Shown here in pieces: positions 25,936-36,175 of a stretch of DNA of 64,000 nt; the first letter of the stretch is position 1; each line of letters opens with the position of its first letter. The position numbers and the translations under genes were made by a program. The stretch is from Octopus vulgaris. Its lineage: Eukaryota. The notes beneath the pieces are model-generated. The model worked only from the letters and a program-made list of their open reading frames with translations, was not told the origin of the DNA and ran no database searches. The stretch is taken from contig OX597817.1 of assembly GCA_951406725.2 (NCBI GenBank), positions 73,470,001 to 73,534,000 on the forward strand. The letters run 5' to 3'.

Positions 25936-26745
25936 TATAGATATCTATATATAATTCTTAAACAGGAATGTTATTGAGAGAGACTTCGAAGTTTCGGCCA
26001 GCTAAGCATCGTACGACGATGCATTAGCTGGCATCGAAGACACTTTTAGAATAATATTTATTAAGAACGATTCATTTGTACTCTACAAAACCATAGAGTA
26101 ACCCTTCAGATTTATGTAAAATTGATTTTATTATAACTAAATATAAACACAGACAAGTGCGTGCGCGTGTATTGTATGTATATTTTGTATGGCTTTATCA
26201 GCAACGGAAGGACAGCGCCCAAGACTTTTTTCTTTTTGCCGCGCCTTCAAATAGAAAGAGAGGAAACAAGGACTCACGGAGTAGGAAGCAGCACATTAGG
26301 ATATCGAGACCTGGTACGAATGGTTGCAACAGAGGGGCTTCCGCTAAAGATACTGATCGATCAGGTGCGGAAGTTAATTCGGCCGATGGATTAGGCGCAC
26401 AACCCAAGAACAGGTACAACCTATCTGAAGGGTTTCAACACGTTTTCTTCAGTCTGCCCAAAGTTGACCTAGTAAGCCTGATCATAGGTTATGTGTGGTA
26501 GAACACACTTTGTCAAATTACCATGCGGTATGATCGAACTTGGAATAACGTAGTTGAAAAATCAACTTCTTAACCACATGGTCAGGCCTGAGTATTGACA
26601 CTCCACAGACTTAAGCCACCTCAAATTCTCTGAAAATTACAGCTTTCTGTTTTAAAACAGTCAGATATATAATATCTGATTATGTTATATACACTATCTA
26701 TCTCGAAATAGATAATATACTATTATTATATTATAGTATATAAAT

Positions 26746-26960
26746 GATAGGAAAGCTTGGAGAGTGTTTGTGGACGGATGAGTGAATTTTGATGTTGCTC
26801 AAAGGGGTACGGAACCCGCATGCTGCCGATATTGTGGGTTGCGTTCTATGCTTTCACCCGAGCATAGAACGGGGCTCACCCCTTTGAGCTGGGAAATACA
26901 TGGAATACCTGGTGTGTGTCTTGTGGTTAGCCCCTCCTACACAAACGGGGATCAGACCTG

Positions 26961-26962
<2 letters not shown>
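26746..26962 (+). mobile_element. probable RTE-type LINE extreme 3' end with structured 3' UTR
   Basis: 26746-26781 translates DRKAWRVFVDG-stop (RTE-like DR..WR terminus), followed by a GC-rich multi-stem region and (TA)n. Confidence 0.6.
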
Positions 26963-27045
<83 letters not shown>

Positions 27046-27046
27046 A

Positions 27047-27429
27047 TACTCTTTTGCTTGTTTCAGTCATTTGACTGCGGCCATGCTACAGCACCGCCTT
27101 TGTAGTCGACCAAATCGACCCCAGAGCTTATTTTTTGTAATTCTAGTACTTATTCTATCGGTTGTCAAGCGATGCTGGGGGGACAAACAGAGACACAAAC
27201 ATATACACACACACATACATACATACATATTTATATATATATATATATATATAAATATACATATACGACGGGCTTCTTCCAGTTTCCGTCTACCAAATCC
27301 ACTCACAAGGGTTTGGTCGGCCCGAGGCTATAGTAGAAAACACTTACCCAAGATGACACGCAGTGAGACTGAACCCGTGACCATGTGATTGGTAAGCAAG
27401 CTACTTACCACACAGTCACTCCTGCGCCT
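27047..27429 (-). mobile_element. SINE family 1, near full length
   Basis: Minus head aggcgcaggagtgactgtgtggtaag..., central microsatellite, tail gcggtgctgtagcatggccgcagtcaaatgactgaaac. Confidence 0.88.
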
Positions 27430-27440
27430 AAATGTGTGAC

Positions 27441-27551
27441 GCTTACAGCATCTAGGTTTCCCAAGTGGTCACCCATCTAAGTACTAACTAGGCTCGACGC
27501 TGCTTAACTTCGGTGATCGGATGAGAACCGGTGCTGTCAACGTGATATGGC
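27441..27551 (-). pseudogene. 5S rRNA pseudogene (lacks the first few nucleotides)
   Basis: Minus strand gccatatcacgttgacagcaccggttctcatccgatcaccgaagttaagcagcgtcgagcctagttagtacttagatgggtgaccacttgggaaacctagatgctgtaagc matches the metazoan 5S pattern including box A and box C. Isolated copy, no oligo-T terminator. Confidence 0.88.
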
Positions 27552-27645
27552 ATATATATATACATACAATATTATGATATTGTATTATAATATTATAGAC
27601 ATTATAGATGCAGTCGTTGGTGTGTGATAAGAAGCTTGCCTCCCA

Positions 27646-29840
27646 CTGCGCATGCGTGTTGTAAGTGTTGTTAGTACCACTGAATAGAAGTCGCTACGCT
27701 GATTTGAAGCTGGTGAAATAGTGATTAAAAAAGCTCAACAGTAAGATAAGACTTATGATTTTTTGGGTCCAGTGGGGGTTTGTTGTTTGCCGTAATTATT
27801 TTTTTTTTACAAACAAGAAGTCCTCACAGGATTCTGGACTCTGGTCTGCCTGCAGATGAGTGAATAGTTTTTCTCACTTAATTGTGAGAATTGTTGTTTG
27901 GCGGTGTATCTCGCTTCCAAAAATTTGTTCACTTTTAGTGAATAGTTTTTTCAGAAATTGTAAGAATTCACCGAAGATACAGCTTCTTTTACCAATTTTT
28001 GTGGAAGCTGTGTTCCAAGTTGTGGCGTTCCGGGCTCAAGTTGGATTAACAAATAGGCTTGGATTACCGAGTGGCCAGAAGATTTTTTGCTTGCTGTATT
28101 TTTTAAACTGGAGACTGCTTTCTTTCCGTCTTCAATCTTTTTTGTGACTGTCTTTTTACTGAACTGTTTTCTTTTTTCTTCTTTTCCTTTTGTTGTGACT
28201 TTCTTTTGATTTCTTTCTTTTTCTTCCTTCTTTTTTCTTTTGAATTTTTATCTGAACTAGTTTTGGACTTTTTATTTAAAAAAAAGACATGGCAAAGAAC
28301 AAGGACAATGTTTTGGAGTGGGAAATTGTCCCACCCAAACAGTGGTTGAAAGACTGTGAAGAGAGGACGGTGGTGTTGAGGACTTACTCAAAGTCGCTCG
28401 ACACCATCACTCTATTTCAAAAGAATGTTATCGAAAGGGAGTTGGCAGAGTATCTGCCAGCTATTAAATTCATCTCCAGCGAGGTCAAATATGCAACGGT
28501 GTGGTTGCTATTTGACGCCCCTGAAGAGGCTCGCAAATTTGCGAGCCAGCCCTTGGAGAACAGAGAGATTTTGTTTCTTCCCACGTATTTTGGGAGGAAG
28601 TTGACGAGGGCTTGGGTCTGTGGTTTGCCACCCGGAATAGAACCCGAGTGGACAGAGGATGCTATCCGCCGGAATCTGGGTGGCAGCGGAGCCAAGCTCC
28701 TCAATGTAAAAATTTTGCCTGCGGCTGATTGGGTGGGGTCAAAAGCGGTTTTGATCCTGTGAACCCAATCAACCAAATATCTGGTATTTCCAGATTTTCT
28801 AAAAATAGCAGGGTGCAGGTACCCGGTGATTCTTGAAGGTCGCCCCGTCAGGTGTCATCAGTGCCTGGAGCCTGGAGCCTGGCCATATAAAGAAAAACTG
28901 TCCCCAGGAACAAAGTAAGGTCTTGGAGCACTTGGTCGAGACCTCTGTAGAAGAGGGAACGAAGGCGGCCGAGGAGGCGGAGGACTCTTCAAAGAATGGC
29001 CGCAAGAGGAAGAAGGTGAGCAACAATGGGTGCTCACCGAAGGATCCTAGGGATGGGGGAGGGGAGGCGAATCTATCGGTCATGGAGGAGATGAACACTC
29101 CCTCAGTTGAGAATAAAAACAAGAGGAAGAGGAAGAGAAACGGGACATTGCCGGCAGTCGGTGACATAGTACCGGAATGTCCTGGAACCTCGTCGGTGGG
29201 TATTGTGACACTGGCAGGAGAAGAGACACCATCGGTGGGAATTGTGCCGACGACGGTAGAAGTGACTACCTCGTCCCCGGAGGAAGACAAATTATGGGTC
29301 TTCTTCTACAGAGGTGGAGAGGTGGAAAGGCGGAGAAGGTGTTGGAAAAGCACCATAAGAGATTATCTTTAGCCTGCACACGGGATGCCGGATGACCTCC
29401 TCAGATAGCTGTGAAGGTCATAACGTTGCCCGTGTTGCGTAGGCTGGAGGGACTCAACGAGGAATATCACTTGCAGCCGGGCGACGGCGACACGGCACCC
29501 ACTTTGTGCCGTGGGTGATGGCGGAGGATGGGGTCACAAGCGATGTGAGGAATATGGAAAACAGGTTGAAAAAGCGTCAGTGTTATTGAAAGTTCCTATT
29601 TTGGAAAATAAGATAAGAGGCTTAGTGCCTCATTTTGTTATTGAATATTGTGAACAATGTAAGAGGTATGTTGCCTCATGAATAATGTAAGATCCATGTT
29701 CTCGGGAAAGAATGATCGGCGGGCGTCGCTTTTCCCCCATTAATGATCATTTTCATTTTTCATTTCATATAAAATTATGTCTGTCCAGTCTGCAGCTTCC
29801 TTTCTCTATGTAAGGCCTTTATGGCCAATATAATAAAATA
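27646..29840 (+). mobile_element. non-autonomous ORF1-only non-LTR element (HAL1-like, L1/Tx1-type) inserted in a SINE head
   Basis: 17-bp TSD aagaagcttgcctccca (27629-27645) / aagaagcttggttccca (29841-29857). About 640-bp 5' UTR, Gag-like ORF, A-rich 3' end; no endonuclease or RT sequence seen. Confidence 0.82.
28289..29372 (+). pseudogene. L1/Tx1-type ORF1 (Gag-like, CCHC zinc knuckle), disrupted
   Basis: Reading through TGA at 28760 gives TQSTKYLVFPDFLKIAGCRYPVILEGRPVRCHQCLEP. Removing one copy of the 7-nt duplication cctggag (28864-28877) restores CHQCLEPGHIKKNC (CX2CX4HX4C, 28853-28901) and joins the 28833-29372 frame, which has basic NLS-like runs. Confidence 0.85.
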
Positions 29841-29963
29841 AAGAAGCTTGGTTCCCAACCACATAGTTCTGGGTTCAGTTCCGCTGCGTAGCCTCTTGGG
29901 CAATGTTTTCTACTGTAGCCTCGGGCCAACCAAAGCCTTGTGAGAAGAAACTGAAAGAAGCCC

Positions 29964-30049
<86 letters not shown>

Positions 30050-30245
30050 TGTGTTTGTTCTCGACCACCGCCTGACAACTGGTGGTGGTTAGTTTACGCC
30101 CCCGTAACCTATTTATTCGACAGGGAGACCGATAGAATAAGTACTAGGCTTAAAGTACTAGATTCGTTCGACTAAAAATTCTTCAAGGCTGTTACCTAAC
30201 AGGGCGTAGTCTGACTGAAACAAGTAAAAGGTAAAAGAAAAGAAA
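29841..30245 (+). mobile_element. SINE family 1, remainder of the interrupted copy (5' part at 27608-27645)
   Basis: Resumes ...cttggttcccaaccacatagttctgggttcag exactly where the head was interrupted. Confidence 0.85.
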
Positions 30246-30836
30246 AATTTATATGAGTAGATATAGAATTATCATTATATTAATGACACTATAGAAGTAG
30301 ACACTCTCTGGTAATGACTGAATGTTCATAGCTGAAACGCCTACGATAATCAAGATATCCTCTAAAAACAGACGAAAAATTCATGCTTTGAATATCAAGG
30401 CTGACCTGGGGCTAAAGGACGCCACTAAAAAGGATGCCATCTCTACTAACGACATTTAAGTGCAATTGATAATGTATTGAAGCTGAAGGAATTTTCTGTT
30501 TCTGCCACAAGTGTCTTAATGAATAAATAAATAAATAAATAAATAAAATAAATATATATAAAATGATTTTCTTGAAAGTGTTACCGGAAGTCTCACCTAT
30601 TATTGTTCAAAAAGCTAAGCCACCAGCCAACGTTTTATGGTTATATCTGGAAGTTGTCTTTCAACTTGTATATTTTCTCACTCGATAAGAGAATTTCTAA
30701 AGTCAATTGCTATCGAATGACGGCATTTCTTGTAAATAGTGACAGAAAACAGGCATGAATGAGTGTTCGCTTTAAGAAGTTTGCTTCGAAACTACATGAT
30801 CCTCTGTTCAATCTCACCGGTTAATAATTTGGATAA

Positions 30837-30879
<43 letters not shown>

Positions 30880-31016
30880 AATAAGGCTTCTTCGGTTTAA
30901 CCAATTCTTTGCGAGTAGGATTTGGCATGTGTATGCGCGTGTGTGGGATTGTGCAGAAGCTGACGTGTGCATTGACAAAAAGACCGATAGAATTTGTAGT
31001 TCAGAGATGTAATCCA

Positions 31017-31398
31017 TGGTGGCTGTGCGGTATAAAGCTTGCTAACCAACAACAAGGTTCTGGGTTCAGCCCCACTGCATGGCACCTTGGGCGAGTGCCT
31101 TCTACTATAGCCTCGGACCGGCCAAGGACTTGTGAGTGGATTTGGTAGACGGAAATTGAAAGAAGCCCGTCGTGTATATTATGTATATGCTTGGGTCTGT
31201 ATTTGTTCCCCCACCATGGCTTGACAACCGATGTTGGTGTATTTACGTCCTCGAAACTTAGCGGTTCGGCAAAAGAACCGATAGAATAAGTACTAGGCTT
31301 ACAAAGAATAAGTCCTGGGATCGATTTGTTCGACTAAAGGCGGTGCACCAGTATGGCTGCAGTCAAATGACTGAAATAAGTAAAAGAATAAAAGAATA
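31017..31398 (+). mobile_element. SINE family 1, near full length, followed by a family-2 copy (31400-31590)
   Basis: Head, body and tail ggcggtgcaccagtatggctgcagtcaaatgactgaaataagtaaaagaataaaagaa. Confidence 0.88.
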
Positions 31399-31812
31399 TG
31401 TGGCGAGCTGGCAGAATCGTTAGCAAGCCGGGAAAATGCTTAGCAGCATTTCGTCCGTATTTACGTTTCTGAGTTCAAATTTTGCCGATTCGACTATGCC
31501 TTTCATCCTCTCACAGAGGTTAAAATAAGTACCAGTTGAGCTCTGGGGTCGATATAATCGATGTAATCAACTTACCCACAATCCCGAAGTTGTACCACAA
31601 AATACATGTATGTGTGTGCATTACACTAAATCAAAATAATTTGTTAAAGATACAACATTTAACCCTCACTTTAGTCTTTTATTTGGAAGTCGTTACTACC
31701 TTATAAGCTCTAATATATAAATTCATACACACACACGCATACACACACACACACACTCATGTATATATTTTGTAATTTTTTAATATATGTATATATGTAT
31801 ATATATATATAT

Positions 31813-34656
31813 ATTTTATTTTATTTTATTTTATTTAGTTTCAGCTCACAAGCTGTGGCCATGCTGGGGCACCGCCATTTGGTGTTGCTACATGAGAGAG
31901 TTCGATGCAGCTGCCCTCATCCGCACCTCCTGCCGTGAAGTTGGTTCATCTGGGATACCTGACAAGAAGAGATCCAGTTTCATTTTAAAGACATCTGCAT
32001 CAACCCCATGCAGGTCTCTTAGGTTCTTCGGGAGGATATTGAAGAGCTGTGGGCCTCGGAAGCCCAGGCTATCACAGTATCTTGTCCTACATCTTGATGG
32101 CAAATTTGGAGTCCTTGGCACTATGCAGTGGCACCCAGTTCTGGTATTTGTGTAACTCTCGATGCCAAAGTTTGGGACAAGTCCTTCTAGGATCTTCCAG
32201 ATGTATATTATGGCATATCTTTCTCGCCTACGTTCTAAGGAATAGAGTCTCAATCTCTTGAGTCTTTCCCAATAGCTTATATGCTGCACAGAGGCTATCT
32301 TCTTCGTGTAGCTTCGTTGGATCGCCTCAAGTTCTGTGATTAACTTGACACTGGATGGTGACCATAGCTGAGAGCAATAGTCAAAGTGGCTTAGGACAAG
32401 TGTCCTCCAGAGGACCATCATGGTTTCCTGGTCTCTAGTTCTAAAGGTTCTAAGAATCCATCCGGTCAGCCGCCTACATTCCATTGCCGATTTAGCAACA
32501 TGCACATGAAAGGTTGCATCATCACTCATGTAAATACCCAGATCTCGCACTGATTGTGCCTCTGGGATTGCAATCCCTCCAGGTCCAGTGTATTTATTGG
32601 GTATTGCATTTAGTTTTGCATGCTGATAGTATAAAGCTTGACACTTTTCAGCATTGAACTGCATGCTATTCTTTTCAGCCCACTTGTATATTTTGTCCAG
32701 CTCACATTGCAGGTGCTTAGTGTCTTCAGGGTTCTGTATTGCCTGTGAAACTTTTGTATCATCTGCATAACTTGTGATCGTGGCTCTCTGCGTGGCTGAG
32801 GGCATGTCTGAGAGGGCCATTATGAACAGTAGTGGTCCCAGAACAGTGCCTTGCTGGACACCGCTCACTATTTGCGTGTTAATGGAAGTGGCCCCATTAG
32901 CTACTACCACCTGACTTCTATCCTTCAGAAAGTCATGAAGCCATTCCCCCAATGTTCCAACTATGCCAAGATCACGCAGTTTGTGACATATCATTCCATA
33001 ATCGACTTTATCAAAGGTCTTTGCAAAGTCGAGATATATCACTTCCACATTTGTGTGGTTGAGCAGTCGTTTCAGCACCCAGTCATAGTGTTGTAGGAGC
33101 TGAGTTAAGCCAGCTTCTTCCTGGTCGGAAACCATGTTGGGTGTCAGGCAGCAAGTAATTTTCTTCAAGGAAGGTGATTAGTTTCCTTCTGACTATTCGT
33201 TCCATGACCTTGCTGATGTGTGAGGTCAGAGAGATAGGTCTGTAGTTCTTGGCCTCCGCTCTGCTACCTCCTTTATGAATAGGGCATATTTTACCTTCCT
33301 TCGGTTTTCTTGGAAGTTTGCCAGTTGCAAGGAAGCTCTGAAAGAGGAACTGCAGTGGTTTTGCTAGGACTCTCTTACATACTTTTAGAAGGATTGCTGG
33401 GAATCCATCGGGGCCAGTAGCTGAGTTTGTTTTCATTTCATCAATAGCCTTTATTACATCGTCTTCCTTTATATTGATGTAATCAATCATCGCTGCCTCT
33501 GATTTTATATCTGCAGTGGTAAAGAAGTCAGTTGGATTGCTGACTTGAAAATGCCCTGGGGTGGAGTGAAAATACTCTTGAATTGCTCATTTAGTATTTC
33601 ACTTACCCTCATTGGATTTCCTGTGAGTGTGCCATCCTTTTCAAGGAGTGGCCCTATCCTACAGTGCACCGTAGCTGTTTCTTTGGCATACCTGTAGAAA
33701 GCTCTGGGGTTAGATTTTATGTTGTCTATAGCCCAGGCTTCTTTGTCTGCTCTTTCTTTTTCATGGGAGAGTTGCAGACATTTTTCAATTTCCAACAGTT
33801 TTATTTTCAGGCGGGACTTTTCACTGCTTTCAATTTGTTTGTTTAGGCGATTTGAAACTTTTGTACGCCGTCTCATTAGAATTTTCCTCTCTCTGGGGAT
33901 TTTGCTCTAGTGTACAGTGGCCTTTCTCTCTGGGACACATCTGTAGCATATGGCTTGCATTACAGACATGAATTGTTGAAGTTTCATGTCGATGTCTGGC
34001 GAGGATAGACATTCAGGCCAGTTTTGTTTGAGGATCTCTTTCTCAATTTGTTTCCAGTTTGCCTTATGGAAGTTCAAGCTAGAAAGATTCTGAGAGTTTC
34101 TTGTAGGCTGCATGTCCATACTTTCCTTTGGCCCGTACATGGTCAGCTCTACCATGTTGTGATCCGAGAGTAGTGTCGGCGTCACTTTCACATTATGGAT
34201 GAGATCCATATTATTTGTGAAGCAGAGATCCAGTATGTTACCTGCCCTGGTTGGTTGGAGTATTACTTGCTCCATGTACAGAGTGTTGATGAGGTTCAGG
34301 AGGGACCTCGCCTGTCCTCGTTCACATCGTGTCATTCCTGGGAGAGAAAGGCCCTCGGGCCATCTGACATTGGGTAGATTGAAGTCTCCCATAAGAAGTA
34401 CACTTATGTGTTGTTCTAATGTGACTAGAACTTCTATTTTTATAAGGCAGTCTTCAAACTTGCCTACATGACTTGGGGCAACTGGAGGGCGATATGTAGC
34501 ACATATGACTACACCAAGTTGCCTTATATGTACAATTAGTGTGTCACACACCGAATTTGAGTATGACAAAAGGACCTGGGTGTGAGGTCCTCACGGATGT
34601 ACATAGCAACTCCTCCATAACTCCTTTCTTTTCTTTCGGTGACTCCTTTCTTTTCT
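31813..34656 (-). mobile_element. 5'-truncated CR1-group LINE
   Basis: APE and RT coding remnants, a short 3' UTR with stem-loop, and a (TAAAA)n tail at 31813-31837. Truncated inside the endonuclease domain with a short duplication at 34620-34656. Confidence 0.92.
31888..34635 (-). pseudogene. LINE ORF2 (APE endonuclease and reverse transcriptase), broken by stops and frameshifts
   Basis: Endonuclease motifs GGVAMYIR, LLMGDFNLP, ILDLCFT, SDHNMV. RT motifs GPDGFP, NYRPISLTS, QHGFRPGRS, YLDFAKTFDKV, SGVQQGTVLGPLLF, YADD, RDLGI. CR1-type C-terminus DYCSQLWSP...SLERRRERY. Split over four ORFs. Confidence 0.95.
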
Positions 34657-34678
34657 CTCTCTCTCTCTATATATATAT

Positions 34679-34868
34679 AGTTGAAATTTATAGAAAAACA
34701 AAAGACGAAGACAGATGTATGAATAACAAGCATGTGTATTAGTTTGATGTTCGGAAAAGTGAGAAAGTCTTTTACGTTTCGAGCCTACGCTCTTCAACAG
34801 AAAGAAATAAGAGAAAATGAAATAAGAGAGAATAAAAGAAAACAGAAAACTTGTTCACAGTTCTGTTA
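34679..34868 (-). mobile_element. ~190-bp hammerhead-containing element (Penelope-derived/retrozyme-like), copy 1
   Basis: Minus 34805-34768: UCUUU-CUGUUGA-A-GAGC-GUAG-GCUC-GAAA-CG-UA-AAAGA. Homologous to 45577-45772 and 46070-46257. Confidence 0.7.
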
Positions 34869-34926
34869 AGCTAGGATCAACGAAAAAAGTGTTCCATCTC
34901 ATGTGAGATAAATATCGTTTAAAGTA

Positions 34927-35198
34927 CACTGTATTAAAATAAGTGTTACGAATACTTTCTTGCCATTGAGACACGTGGTTAGGCAGATTTTTATAACATG
35001 TCTTGCGTCTCTAAGCAATCATTTCTCTGAAAAATAGAAAAATAGGATTTGTTCTTAGTGTTGTTTTTCAAATACAACAAACAATGTGCCCATAGCCTTG
35101 AATATTGCTTGGAAATACAAGGAACGTTATAAAGATCTACCTAATCACGTGTCTCAATGGCAAGAAACTACTAGAAGCTCTAATTTTTGTATTGAGTG
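34927..35198. mobile_element. fold-back MITE (Tc1/mariner-type)
   Basis: Long imperfect inverted repeats, e.g. tttcttgccattgagacacgtggttaggcagatttttataac vs gttataaagatctacctaatcacgtgtctcaatggcaagaaa. Ends TA|CACT...AGTG|TA. Confidence 0.75.
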
Positions 35199-35333
35199 TA
35201 CATTAAATAGTGCGTCCGACTGGTTTTGGAGTACTTAATTTGCAGAATTCTTTCTATCATCGGATTACATTACCTTATTCATTCGGAGCACGCCATCTCT
35301 GCACCTTGATTTCACACACACACACAAACACAC

Positions 35334-35425
<92 letters not shown>

Positions 35426-35986
35426 GTCTGTATGTGTGTGTGTGTGTGTGCGTGGGTGTGTGTGCCTGTGTGATTTGGATTAATGCTTAAGCACTATAAA
35501 GCTATATCTACTGAATTTTAAGAGCTCATTTTTTTAAAACATATCGTTATATTCCAACATATCACACTCCAATGCAATACCTATAATAGAAATGGGTTTG
35601 CTTAGAGATAAATTGACTTAAACGAATGTTCAGAGCAAAATGTATCTTTCGATATATTTTGCTGAGTACTTAACGCTTTACAGCTGTACTTCTTGTGAGA
35701 ATTGATATAAAGGCGGACAAATTGACATGTTAAATAAAATAAAAATCGTTTAAAATGTTTAAACTTTTACATCATGCTGAAGGAGGAAGAATTATAAGAA
35801 AGCAGATTCTTTGTTTTCTCATGAATAAAGAAGCGGAAAATGGCAACAAATTTCATTATATTTTTGTGGATGGGGAGGGGACAAGGTCTGCTATTTATCA
35901 GTTTGTAATGTAATGTAACATACATCATGGGATATACATACAAAATACACGGGAAAGGCGCGCATTGAAGGCACGAGGCTTAGTGG

Positions 35987-36175
35987 TTAGAGTTTTGGCT
36001 TACGATCGCAAGGTCGTGAGTTCGATCGCTTGCAGCGAGTTGTGTCTTAGAGCAAAACACTTTATTTCAAGTGTACATGTGTCTGTGGAGTACTCAGCCA
36101 CTTTCACGTTAATTTTCATGCAGGTTGATCGGATTAACTGGAACACTCGTCTTCGTAACCGATGGAGTGTCAGTA
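35987..36175 (+). mobile_element. SINE related to family 3, internally deleted
   Basis: Head ggcttagtggttagag...gagttcgatc; tail tgtctgtggagtactcagccact...cgtaaccgatggagtg shared with 18321-18711. Confidence 0.75.

Noticed and set aside
27441-27551. Functional 5S rRNA gene
   Set aside because: The 5' end is missing, it has several substitutions, no terminator and is not in an array; reported as a pseudogene.
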